DNA of 64,000 bases from Thermoanaerobaculia bacterium (GCA_963816185.1 CAWFJJ010000029.1:292974-356973), one strand, 5' to 3'; counted from the stretch's first letter, positions 20,392 through 28,992 are shown. Numbers and translations: made by a program. Notes: generated from the sequence alone by a model not told the origin.

Positions 20392-21578
20392 GGCGCGCCC
20401 TGGGGGAGGCGGTCGACACGTCCTTTCTTCGTCGTGCGGGCCGGGTACGAGCCGAGCACTTTGAGGTACGGGCACTCGGCCGAGAGCGCGGCGACCGCCC
20501 GCGCCGCGGCATCCTCGGTCTCGGCGCCTTCGAAGTCGACGTAGAAGAGGTACTCCCACGGATGGCGCGGGACGGGACGCGACTCGAGCTTCGTGAGGTT
20601 GAGGCCGTGCGCGTCGAGCAAATTGAGGCAGTGCGCGAGGGCGCCGTGGCGGTGCGGCGTCGAGAAGACGAGCGACGTCTTCGTGGGAATGCGCGGATCG
20701 GGCGTGATCGCGACGGCGGAGACGACGACGAACCGCGTCCAGTTCTCCTCCTGGTCGGCGACGTCGCGCTTGAGGACCTCGAGGGCGTGATGCTGCCCGG
20801 CCTCCTCCGAGGCGATCGCGGCGAGCGTGGGATCTCCCGTCTCCTTGACGTGGCGCGCGGCCTCGGCGGTGTCGATGAACGGCACGGCCGCGACGCCCGG
20901 AAGCTCGGAGAGGAAGCGGCTGCACTGCGCGAGCGCCTGCGGATGCGAGACGACTCGCGTGATTCCGGCCAGCGGGGCTCCGGGAAGAGAAAGCAGGCAG
21001 TGGCGCACCTCGAGGATCTCCTCGCCCACGATCTTCAGGTCCGTGTGCCGGAGGAGGTCGTACGTCTCGTTGATCGAGCCTGCCGTGGTGTTTTCGATCG
21101 GGAGGAAGGCGTAACCCGCCGCGCCCGACTCCGCCTCGCGGAGGGCGCGAAAGAACGTCGGGAAGCCGCGGAACTCCATCGCGCCCTCGCGGTCGCCGAA
21201 GTACTTTCGCGCGGCGAGGTGGCTGTAAGCACCCTCGGCGCCCTGAAAGGCCACGCGGCGCGCGTTGCCGAGCGCGCGCTCCTTGACCTCGCGATCCAGA
21301 AGCGCCTCCTCCTGCACCTTGACCGACATGGCGATGATCTCCCGGAAGATCTCGGTTGCGCGGAAAGGATCGAGGCCGAGCTCGCGGGCGATCGCCTCCA
21401 CGCGCGCGAGAAGCCTCGTTTCGCGGTCGAGGTCGCGGAGGAACGGCGCACCCTTCGCCTTCAGCCGTCCGACTTCGGCGACCTGCGTCAGGCGCGCGGC
21501 GAGCGTCTCGAGAAGGCGGCGGTCCGTCTCGTCTATTCGCGCTCGCAGGGCTTCGAGATCTTCCATCGGAACCGTCAT
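20388..21578 (-). CDS. pheA: Bifunctional chorismate mutase / prephenate dehydratase (P-protein)
   Basis: N-terminal CM_2 helix pattern (LRARIDETDRRLLETLAARL), PDT domain, TRFVVV and LESRP (ACT) motifs. Confidence 0.9.
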   Translation of the reverse strand: MTVPMEDLEALRARIDETDRRLLETLAARLTQVAEVGRLKAKGAPFLRDLDRETRLLARVEAIARELGLDPFRATEIFREIIAMSVKVQEEALLDREVKERALGNARRVAFQGAEGAYSHLAARKYFGDREGAMEFRGFPTFFRALREAESGAAGYAFLPIENTTAGSINETYDLLRHTDLKIVGEEILEVRHCLLSLPGAPLAGITRVVSHPQALAQCSRFLSELPGVAAVPFIDTAEAARHVKETGDPTLAAIASEEAGQHHALEVLKRDVADQEENWTRFVVVSAVAITPDPRIPTKTSLVFSTPHRHGALAHCLNLLDAHGLNLTKLESRPVPRHPWEYLFYVDFEGAETEDAAARAVAALSAECPYLKVLGSYPARTTKKGRVDRLPQGAP

Positions 21579-21604
21579 CTTAGCGGGAGGGCTTCTCTCG
21601 AGCG

Positions 21605-22864
21605 GTGAAGGGGATCAGACCGCGCTGCGGTCTGCGGGCCTGGCAGGCCGGTTCGTGCCCGCGGCCCTCCGTCTCGCGACGGTGCGTGATCGCGGCCCGG
21701 CCGCGGATCTATATTCCCGGCGTGGAGGCCGCCCCCCATCGCGGGATTTCCGACCGCGCGAGCTTCGCGCTCGGCGTGTTCGGTGTGTTCACGGCCCTCA
21801 TCGCGGCGAACGCGCTGCAGGCAGCGATCCTCGGCGCGGTGCTTGGCCGGGACTTCCCGGTCGGGCGCTCCATCGGGGTGAACGCCCTGACGTGGTACGC
21901 ATGGGCGGCGCTGACGCCGGTCATCGCCGTCCTCGTGAAGAGGTTTCCTTTCGGAAATGGGCGCTGGAAGACGAGCCTCCTCGTCCACCTCGTCGCGAGC
22001 ATGGTGCTCTTCGCCGCGCAGTTCGGGATCTTCAGCCTCGGCAGCCGCGCGCTAAATCTCACGCCGCCGATGTCTGCGCACCGCCTCGCATTGGGGCCGC
22101 CGCCGCCGCCGCTCGGCCCTATGCGGGAGGCGTTCCGCTGGTATTTTTTCCGGGGCGCGGGCACGTATGCCCTCATCGTCGGCGGGCTCGTCCTTCTCGA
22201 GTACGTGAGGAAGGACCGCGAGCGGGTCGCGCTCGAGGGCCAGCTCGCCCTTGCCGAGCTGAAGGCCCTGCGCATGCAGCTCCAGCCGCATTTCCTCTTC
22301 AACACGCTGCACGCGATCGGGGTCCTCATCCACAGCGACCCGAAGGCCGCGCACCTCATGCTCACGCGCCTCGCGGAGCTGCTGCGCCTCTCGCTCGACA
22401 CGGCGTCCGAGCCGGAGCTTCCGCTGGAGGTCGAGCTCGCGTTCGTGGAGAAATACCTCGCCATCCAGAAGGCGCGCTTCGGCGATCGCCTCACCGTGCG
22501 GTACGCGCTCGAGCCGGACGCGATGCGGGGCCTCGTCCCGACGCTCGTCATGCAGCCCCTCGTCGAGAACGCGCTCGAGCACGGCGTCGCGCCCCACGCG
22601 CGTCCCGGCGTGATCGAGATCGCGGCCTCGCGCACCGCCGACGCGCTCACGATCCGCGTGCGCGACAACGGAAACGGCCTTTCGGAACGGGAGGGGCGCA
22701 TCAAGAGCGGCGTGGGCCTCGCGAACACGCGCGGCCGGCTGCGTCAACTTTATGGCGACCGCTCGCGTCTGACCCTCTCGAACGCCGTCGGAGGCGGTCT
22801 CGAGGCGATCCTGGAGATGCCGTGGCGCGAGGCGCCGCTGCCGGCGCCAGCGGGGGGAACATGA
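21605..22864 (+). CDS. LytS/YehU-family sensor histidine kinase
   Basis: Polytopic N-terminus, His_kinase motif LQPHFLFNTLH, and HATPase (NALEHG, DNGNG, GVGLANT). The start is uncertain: only alternative start codons lie upstream of the first TM. Confidence 0.8.
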   Translation: MKGIRPRCGLRAWQAGSCPRPSVSRRCVIAARPRIYIPGVEAAPHRGISDRASFALGVFGVFTALIAANALQAAILGAVLGRDFPVGRSIGVNALTWYAWAALTPVIAVLVKRFPFGNGRWKTSLLVHLVASMVLFAAQFGIFSLGSRALNLTPPMSAHRLALGPPPPPLGPMREAFRWYFFRGAGTYALIVGGLVLLEYVRKDRERVALEGQLALAELKALRMQLQPHFLFNTLHAIGVLIHSDPKAAHLMLTRLAELLRLSLDTASEPELPLEVELAFVEKYLAIQKARFGDRLTVRYALEPDAMRGLVPTLVMQPLVENALEHGVAPHARPGVIEIAASRTADALTIRVRDNGNGLSEREGRIKSGVGLANTRGRLRQLYGDRSRLTLSNAVGGGLEAILEMPWREAPLPAPAGGT

Positions 22865-23631
22865 AACCGATCAGAGCCTTCATCGCCGACGACGAGCCGC
22901 TTGCCCGCGAGTGGCTCCGCACGCTGCTCTCGGAGGAGCCGGGTGTCACGCTCGCCGGTGAGGCCCGGGACGGACGCGAGGCGATCACGGCCTTGAAGGA
23001 GACCAAGCCGGACCTCCTCTTCCTCGACGTCCAGATGCCGGAGCTCGACGGCTTCGACGTGCTGCGCGGCCTCGACCCCGAGGCTCTTCCCGTCGTCGTC
23101 TTCGTCACCGCGTACGACGCGCACGCCCTGAAAGCGTTCGAGGTCCACGCGCTCGACTACCTCCTGAAGCCGTTCGAACGGGACCGGTTCCGGGTCGCGA
23201 TGGAACGCGCCCGCGAGCAGCTCGCGCCCCGGGGCGGGGAAGCCGCGGCCAGGCGTCTCATCGAGCTGCTCGAGTCGCTCGGCGCGAAGGCGCGCGGGCT
23301 CGACCGCGTGGCCGTGAAAACCGAAGGCGTCATCAAGCTCATCAAGCTCTCGGACGTGGACTTCATCGAGGCTGCGGGCCGTTACGTCACGCTCCACGTC
23401 GGCAAGGAGCAGCACCTCGTACGCGAGACCATGAACGAGCTCGAGGCGAAGCTCGACCCGACGGCCTTCGCGCGCGTTCACCGGTCGGCCATCGTGAACC
23501 TCGACCGCGTGAAGGAGCTGAAGACGGAGAGTCACGGCGAGGTCACGATCGTCCTTCCGGACGGCCGCACGCTGCGCTGGAGCCGCAGCTACCGCGAGCG
23601 GCTCGAGGCTCTCCTGGGATCCGCGGAATAA
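22861..23631 (+). CDS. LytR/AlgR-family response regulator (REC + LytTR)
   Basis: REC (FIADDEPLARE, LFLDVQMPELDG, LLKPF) plus LytTR (FIEAAGRYVTLH ... FARVHRSAIVNL). ATGA overlap with the kinase gene. Confidence 0.9.
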   Translation: MKPIRAFIADDEPLAREWLRTLLSEEPGVTLAGEARDGREAITALKETKPDLLFLDVQMPELDGFDVLRGLDPEALPVVVFVTAYDAHALKAFEVHALDYLLKPFERDRFRVAMERAREQLAPRGGEAAARRLIELLESLGAKARGLDRVAVKTEGVIKLIKLSDVDFIEAAGRYVTLHVGKEQHLVRETMNELEAKLDPTAFARVHRSAIVNLDRVKELKTESHGEVTIVLPDGRTLRWSRSYRERLEALLGSAE

Positions 23632-23747
23632 CTCCGTCGACTTGACCCGGGTCCCCCTTCGGGATCAATCTTCGAGGTGCGCGAGGCCCGAGGCCCGCGA
23701 CATCAGACCCGCCGGGAGCGAATAAGCCCCGGCGAAAGGAGCTCCTC

Positions 23748-24239
23748 ATGCATCCTGGATTCATGTCCTGGTGGGCGAGGCACCATGGCCCGTCCGGTTA
23801 CGAGTACGCCGCCGCAGGTTGCGGCCCCGGCCGCGCCCGCTGGCACGATACTGAGAGCCGTTTTACCTCGCACGGCGACGAGCCGGGCGGCTTTGGCGGC
23901 CCGTTCGGCGTCCGGCGCCCGCTGCGATTTCTCGCTTTCAAGCTCGGCCTCGACGACAGCCAGACGGCCGAGCTCGCGGCCATTCTCGACGACCTGAAGA
24001 CCGAGCGCGCGCAGGCCGCGGTCGACCACCGGCGGATGACGTCCGCCGTGGCCGACCTCTTCGCGGCGGCGGCGTTCGACGCCGCGAAAGTCGCCCAGGC
24101 CGGCGCCGCGCGCGTCACGAGCGCCACGCGCCTCGCGGACGCGCAGGCGAAAGCGCTCCAACGCGTCCACGCGATGCTCGACGACGAGCAGCGGAAGGCG
24201 TTCGCGTACTTGCTTCGCACCGGCATCATCGCCATCTGA
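23748..24239 (+). CDS. Spy/CpxP-like (LTxxQ-motif) protein
   Basis: Two LxxxQ-type motifs (LDDSQTAELAAIL, LDDEQRKAFAYLL) in a helical protein. AAAGGAG SD upstream. No obvious signal peptide. Confidence 0.5.
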   Translation: MHPGFMSWWARHHGPSGYEYAAAGCGPGRARWHDTESRFTSHGDEPGGFGGPFGVRRPLRFLAFKLGLDDSQTAELAAILDDLKTERAQAAVDHRRMTSAVADLFAAAAFDAAKVAQAGAARVTSATRLADAQAKALQRVHAMLDDEQRKAFAYLLRTGIIAI

Positions 24240-24308
24240 TCGGATCCTGACGAATCGTCCGCGCGGAGCGTCCTCGGGCGCCGCTCCGCGCGGTTCTACA
24301 ATGTCTGC

Positions 24309-24845
24309 ATGCATCCGCGGATGGCCGAGATCGCCGCTTATCTCGACGAAACGCGCGCCGCGATCGTCCGGGCCGTCACGCCCCTTTCGCCGGAAGACGC
24401 GGCGCGCCGCCCTTCGCTCGAAGCCTGGAGCGTCGACGAGATCCTGACGCATCTCTCGCTCGTCGAGCCCGGGGTCGCGAAGAGGGTCGCCAAGAGCGTC
24501 GGAAAGGCGAAGGGTGAGGGCCTCGAGCGCGAGACGTCCGTCGCGTCGGTCCTCGGCTCTCTCGACGGCCTCGAGAGGCTGAACGAAAAGCAGGTCGCGC
24601 CGGAATTCGTGGAGCCGAAAGACGTCCACTCCAAGTCCGAGGTGCTCGCCGCGCTCGCGCTCTCGCGCGAGAGCCTCCGGCACGCGATGGGGGAGGCCGA
24701 CGGCTGGGCGCTCGAGAAGGTCGTCGCCCCGCATCCCCGCCTCGGGACGATCGACATGTACCAGTGGCTCGTCTTCGTGGGGCATCACGAGCGCCGGCAT
24801 CTCGCCCAGATCGAGCGCACGATCGCCTCCGTGGCGGGGCGCTGA
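24309..24845 (+). CDS. DinB-family (DinB_2) protein
   Basis: Four-helix pattern with His triad candidates (EILTHL ... VGHHERRHLAQI). Confidence 0.65.
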   Translation: MHPRMAEIAAYLDETRAAIVRAVTPLSPEDAARRPSLEAWSVDEILTHLSLVEPGVAKRVAKSVGKAKGEGLERETSVASVLGSLDGLERLNEKQVAPEFVEPKDVHSKSEVLAALALSRESLRHAMGEADGWALEKVVAPHPRLGTIDMYQWLVFVGHHERRHLAQIERTIASVAGR

Positions 24846-24882
24846 AGGCGACTCTGCTATCCTCGCCGGTCCGATCGAGTGC

Positions 24883-24959
24883 GGTGGGAGTAGCTCAGTC
24901 GGTAGAGCGTCGGATTGTGGTTCCGAATGTCGCGGGTTCGACCCCCGTCTTCCACCCCA
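24883..24959 (+). tRNA. tRNA-His (anticodon GTG) with encoded G-1 and CCA
   Basis: Manual cloverleaf: acceptor GTGGGAG/CTTCCAC, D arm GCTC-AGTCGGTA-GAGC, anticodon arm TCGGA-TTGTGGT-TCCGA, T arm GCGGG-TTCGACC-CCCGT. Extra 5' G opposite discriminator C. Confidence 0.92.
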
Positions 24960-24981
24960 GCCATCTTTTTCGAATCCTCGC

Positions 24982-25058
24982 GCGCCCGTAGCTCAGCTGG
25001 ATAGAGCGTCAGACTCCGGATCTGAAGGCCTCCGGTTCGAATCCGGACGGGCGCACCA
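24982..25058 (+). tRNA. tRNA-Arg (anticodon CCG) with encoded CCA
   Basis: Manual cloverleaf: acceptor GCGCCCG/CGGGCGC, D arm GCTC-AGCTGGATA-GAGC, anticodon arm TCAGA-CTCCGGA-TCTGA, T arm TCCGG-TTCGAAT-CCGGA, discriminator A. Confidence 0.92.
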
Positions 25059-25916
25059 TGTATCTCCGAAGCCGTATCCTCGGCTTCCAGCGCGTAGGAA
25101 CGAGCCGGTTTCCGCCGTCGATCCCCCACCGAGCGAGGGCGGTGTCGCGGGGGCGTATCAGGGCGCACCAACCTAACCCCCTACCCCATAAGCATTTCGA
25201 ACGCGCAGAGATTCAACCTCTCCTGAGCCGTGCCGCCGACCAGCCGATGGCGGGGGACGGTCGCGAGGGCCTACCTTCCGAAGGGGAGTCTCCAAAGGGG
25301 GGAGTATGTGTTGTTCGCTGGTTGGCTACCGTATCGCCGCGTTGTTCGTGTGTGTTCTTTTCGCCCCGACCGCCCTGGCCGCAGAGGAAATCGATGTCAA
25401 GAGCTGGACGGCTCCTCCGTACTGGAGGACGCCGGCGGTTTCACCTGACGAACGAAGCGGACGCGATGCCCTCGCTGCGGGGCGCCCATGTATCTCCGAA
25501 GCCGTATCCTCGGCTTCCAGCGCGTAGGAACGAGCCGGTTTCCGCCGTCGATCCCCCACCGAGCGAGGGCGGTGTCGCGGGGGCGTATCAGGGCGCACCA
25601 ACCTAACCCCCTACCCCATAAGCATTTCGAACGCGCAGAGATTCAACCTCTCCTGAGCCGTGCCGCCGACCAGCCGATGGCGGGGGACGGTCGCGAGGGC
25701 CTACCTTCCGAAGGGGAGTCTCCAAAGGGGGGAGTATGTGTTGTTCGCTGGCTGGCAACCGTATCGCCGCGTTGTTCGTGTGTGTTCTTCTCGCCCCGAC
25801 CGCTCTGGTCGCAGAGGAAATCGATGTCAAGAGCTGGACGGCTCCTCCGTACTGGACGCCGCCAGGGGTTTCACCTGAAGAACAAAGCGGGCGCAGCCCG
25901 CTCGCTTCGGGGCGCC
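25057..25916 (+). repeat. Tandem direct duplication, 2 x 430 bp, starting at the CCA end of tRNA-Arg
   Basis: 25057-25486 aligns to 25487-25916 without gaps. The first 265 nt (non-coding leader plus 16 nt of CDS) are identical. The remaining ~165 nt of coding sequence differ at ~18 positions. Confidence 0.95.
25306..25527 (+). pseudogene. Truncated 5' copy (signal peptide + ~35 aa) of the fibre gene
   Basis: MCCSLVGYRIAALFVCVLFAPTALAAEEIDVKSWTAPPYW... parallels the N-terminus of 25736..27715. It then runs into the second repeat copy and stops. Confidence 0.7.
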
Positions 25917-27715
25917 AGGCATCGGTAACGAGCCCGGTCCCCCTGCCCTTCGTCGCCGTGACGCCGTGCCGCATGGTCGACACCCGCGGCAATGCGCCCA
26001 TGACGGGCGGTTTCCTGCCTGCCGCAATCGTACGAAGCTATACGCTCACCGGCGTCTGCAACATTCCCTCGAACGCCAAGGCGATCTCCCTGAACGCCAC
26101 GGCCACGAATACCGCCGGTCCTGGGTTTCTGGAGCTCTGGCCGGAGGGTGAAGCGCTCCCGGGAGTGTCGACGCTGAACTTCGTCGCGGGGCAGACGGTC
26201 GCAAATGCTGCCGTCGTCCCCCTGAGCGCCTCCGGAGGCATCTCGATGGTGTTTGGCGTCTCGGGCGCCGATGTCATTCTGGACACGAACGGCTACTACT
26301 CGCCTCTGGGAGTCGTCAACAGCCTGAACGGGCAGGCAGGCGCCCTGACTCTCGCAGCGGGAGCCAACGTATCCATCACGCCCTCGGCCAACACGCTCAC
26401 GATCGCCGCGGTCGCAGGAGGTCCGCCGACCGGGCCGGCGGGAGGGGCCCTTACGGGGACGTACCCGAACCCGGGGATTGCCAGCGGGCTGTTCGCGAGC
26501 CTCGCCGCCAACACATTCACCGGGACACAGACGATCAGCGGCGGGAACCTGGCTCTGCCGGCGACCTCCGGCAGCACGGGGGGTGTCCTGACCTTGGGCG
26601 GGCAGAGCTACCTGCACGCATTCGGGGGCGCGACGAACACGTTCGTGGGCGGGCAGGCGGGCGGACTGTTTGCGACGACGGGGATGGCCAATACGGCGGT
26701 GGGGTATCTGAGCCTGCAGTCCAATACAACCGGCCATGACAACGTGGCGGTCGGAAGCGATTCGCTGACCGGGAACAGCACCGGCATTGGCAACGTGGCG
26801 GTCGGAAGCGATTCGCTGACCGGGAACAGCACCGGCAGTTACAACTCGGCGTTCGGGTATCAGAGCCTGCTCGTGAGCACGGACGGTTCGTACAACTCGG
26901 CGTTCGGCAGAGGCAGCCTGCTGTACAACACGACTGGCCGTTCCAACGTGGCGTTCGGATATGGCAGCCTGCAGAGAAACACGACCGGCGGGTTCAACGT
27001 GGCCCTCGGCTTTCTTGCCGGCGAACAGAACACCACCGGGAGCTACAACACTTTCGTCGGAAACTTCGCGGGGCCTGATGCTGGACACCCCGCCCTCACA
27101 TATTCCGGCGCCATCGGCGCCGGGGCCGTGGTGGCGCAGAGCAACTCGATCGTCCTCGGGGGCGTCGCTGGATCAGTCCAACAAGTGAACGTCGGCATCG
27201 GCACTTCGTCGCCGAACACGACGCTTCAGGTCGTGGGCGACGTCAGGGTCGGAACCAGCGGCACGAACGGCTGCCTGAAGAACTTCGCCGGCACCGGAAT
27301 CGCCGGCGTCTGCTCGTCCGATGCGCGACTCAAGACGAACGTACGGCCCTTCGAGCCGATGCTCGACCGCGTCGCGAGGCTGCGGCCGGTACGGTTCAAC
27401 TGGAAGACCGAGCAGTTTCCCGAGTATCACTTTGGCGTGGGGCTGAATTCCGGGCTGATCGGGCAGGAGGTCGAGCAAGTCTTCCCCGAGATGGTGACTG
27501 CCGACGAGCGCGGCTACAAGATGGTGGATTACAGCGTGCTGCCATACCTGACACTGGCGGCCGTGCGGGAGCAGCAGGCGCAGATCGAGGCGCAGAGGGC
27601 AGAGATAGACGGTCTCAAAGCCAAGCTCCTGGAGAGTGAAGGCGCGATGGCGGCGGTGAGGGAGCTGGGGGCGCGACTTGCACGGGCCGAGGCTCGGTTA
27701 GCCGAGACCCGATAA
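25736..27715 (+). CDS. Secreted fibre protein with three modules: PCRxxDTR-type N-domain, YadA-head-like Gly/Asn repeats, and a C-terminal Peptidase_S74 intramolecular chaperone (tail-fibre-like)
   Basis: Signal peptide; VTPCRMVDTRG motif; repeats NTAVGY.SLQSNTTG / NVAVGSDSLTGNSTG. C-terminus SSDARLKTNVRPF ... LRPVRFNWK ... GLIGQEVEQVFPEMV ... VDYSVLPYLTLAAVREQQAQIE matches the endosialidase/tail-fibre chaperone domain, followed by a coiled coil. Confidence 0.8.
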   Translation: MCCSLAGNRIAALFVCVLLAPTALVAEEIDVKSWTAPPYWTPPGVSPEEQSGRSPLASGRQASVTSPVPLPFVAVTPCRMVDTRGNAPMTGGFLPAAIVRSYTLTGVCNIPSNAKAISLNATATNTAGPGFLELWPEGEALPGVSTLNFVAGQTVANAAVVPLSASGGISMVFGVSGADVILDTNGYYSPLGVVNSLNGQAGALTLAAGANVSITPSANTLTIAAVAGGPPTGPAGGALTGTYPNPGIASGLFASLAANTFTGTQTISGGNLALPATSGSTGGVLTLGGQSYLHAFGGATNTFVGGQAGGLFATTGMANTAVGYLSLQSNTTGHDNVAVGSDSLTGNSTGIGNVAVGSDSLTGNSTGSYNSAFGYQSLLVSTDGSYNSAFGRGSLLYNTTGRSNVAFGYGSLQRNTTGGFNVALGFLAGEQNTTGSYNTFVGNFAGPDAGHPALTYSGAIGAGAVVAQSNSIVLGGVAGSVQQVNVGIGTSSPNTTLQVVGDVRVGTSGTNGCLKNFAGTGIAGVCSSDARLKTNVRPFEPMLDRVARLRPVRFNWKTEQFPEYHFGVGLNSGLIGQEVEQVFPEMVTADERGYKMVDYSVLPYLTLAAVREQQAQIEAQRAEIDGLKAKLLESEGAMAAVRELGARLARAEARLAETR

Positions 27716-27854
27716 ACGCGCGGGCCGCCGGTTCTAAACCGAAAGGACACACCAATTTTCGCGAAGGATCAAGCGACGGGGCTCATCAAGCGACGTTGCA
27801 CGTAGCGCCTGGCCAGCCTATATTGCTGCAACGCGAGTTTCCGTCTTCGGCGTC

Positions 27855-28457
27855 GTGCTCCTGCTCACGATCCACCCTGTTGGCGCGCAGAATCTCCTGC
27901 CCGATCCCTCGTTCGCGAGCGGCGTCAGCGGTTGGACGGCCAGCGGCGCGAGCCAGGCGATGTTCCAATGGGTCGATCTGGCCGGGTCCGACGGAGTCGC
28001 CGGCTTCGCCCGACTTCAGGTGTTGGGCCCCGGTACCGTTGTCGCATCTGTCTGCGTGCCCGTGGTCGGGGGGAAAACGTACAGCTGGGGCGCTTCGTTC
28101 TTTCCGAGGTCGGCCAGCGGGCAGGTCATTCTGGACTTCTATTCAAATGACTCCTGCCTGGGGCTGACGCTCGTGGGGGAGACGTCCGGCCCCTCGACGA
28201 TCACGTTGGGTGACTGGCAGTTCGAGCCGGGACCCGACGTCATGGTGCCCGCGTCGGCGGGGAGTGTTATGTACCGAGTTATGGGAACGGCCCCGGGCAA
28301 CGCGATCGGGGTGGTCGACGTCGACAACGTTTATTTCGGCCTCCAGGGGACGCGGCCCCCCGGAGTGCAGGGCGTGCCCGCGCTCTCGTGGCCGGCGGTT
28401 TTCCTCCTCGCGGCAGCGCTGGCGACCGTAGGCCTGCGTGTAATGCCGCACGCCTGA
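27855..28457 (+). CDS. Jelly-roll (CBM4_9-like) protein with C-terminal IPTL/PEP-CTERM-like sorting tail
   Basis: NLLPDPSFASGVSGW ... VDVDNVYF is typical of CBM-like beta sandwiches. The C-terminus VPALSWPAVFLLAAALATVGLR has motif + TM + basic residue. The start is problematic: GTG 27855 gives a truncated signal peptide. Confidence 0.55.
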   Translation: MLLLTIHPVGAQNLLPDPSFASGVSGWTASGASQAMFQWVDLAGSDGVAGFARLQVLGPGTVVASVCVPVVGGKTYSWGASFFPRSASGQVILDFYSNDSCLGLTLVGETSGPSTITLGDWQFEPGPDVMVPASAGSVMYRVMGTAPGNAIGVVDVDNVYFGLQGTRPPGVQGVPALSWPAVFLLAAALATVGLRVMPHA

Positions 28458-28719
28458 CGCGCGACATCCAGAACGTCCGCTTTTTGTCCGTGTACCCCTG
28501 CCGAAAGGACGCGAAGGAAGGCCCGGCGCACGTTCTTCCGGTGCTGCGCCTAGGCCGCAGCGTCCTCGAGGATCGAGGAGAACGTGCTACGTCAAGCGAA
28601 AATGAACAGGGGGCCGCTTATGCGTCTGGCCCCATGGGCAGGCGAATTTCGCTGATGGCCTGGAAGTCCTACCTTCGGAACTTGACGACATTAGCCAAAC
28701 CGCCGGCTCGTGGCATAAA

Positions 28720-28992
28720 ATGAGAGCCTTGGAAATCGAGGACGGCGCGAAGCCCGAAGACTGCGCACACCCAAATGCCACCTTGAGCGACGAGTGTGCA
28801 GCACTCCGAAAGAGGGTCGAGGAACTCGAGGAGAAGCTCGCCAGGGCGGAATCTATCGTCCGCCGCCTGCCGTTTCTTTACCGAGGAGACGGAGACGAAC
28901 CAATCTGCACGAATTGCTGGAAGGTGGACCAGCGAGTCGTCGAGATGAGTTTCCTCTGTAGCGTATGCGGCACCCTCGAAAAGGACCGGTGA
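28720..28992 (+). CDS. Small coiled-coil + CxxC...CxxC zinc-ribbon-like protein
   Basis: 90 aa with LRKRVEELEEKLARAE, then CTNC-x15-CSVC. It lies in the lower-GC patch. The antisense ORF 28669..29007 is less protein-like. Confidence 0.4.
   Translation: MRALEIEDGAKPEDCAHPNATLSDECAALRKRVEELEEKLARAESIVRRLPFLYRGDGDEPICTNCWKVDQRVVEMSFLCSVCGTLEKDR

Noticed and set aside
23838-23855. TGGCAC hexamer at 23840 (and another at ~32710).
   Set aside because: Both lie inside coding sequence and lack a GC/TTGC element at the correct spacing.
25095-25120. ECF-type promoter GGAAC-N14-CGTC in the duplicated leader.
   Set aside because: The spacer is 2-3 nt shorter than typical AAC-N16/17-CGT promoters. There is no supporting evidence.
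25057-25916. CRISPR array or other short interspersed repeat array.
   Set aside because: There are only two 430-bp units in direct tandem with coding content. There is no 25-40 nt repeat/spacer periodicity anywhere in the window.
27767-27794. 11-nt direct repeat ATCAAGCGACG x2 upstream of the CBM-like gene.
   Set aside because: It is short, occurs only here, and has no associated regulator. It could arise by chance.
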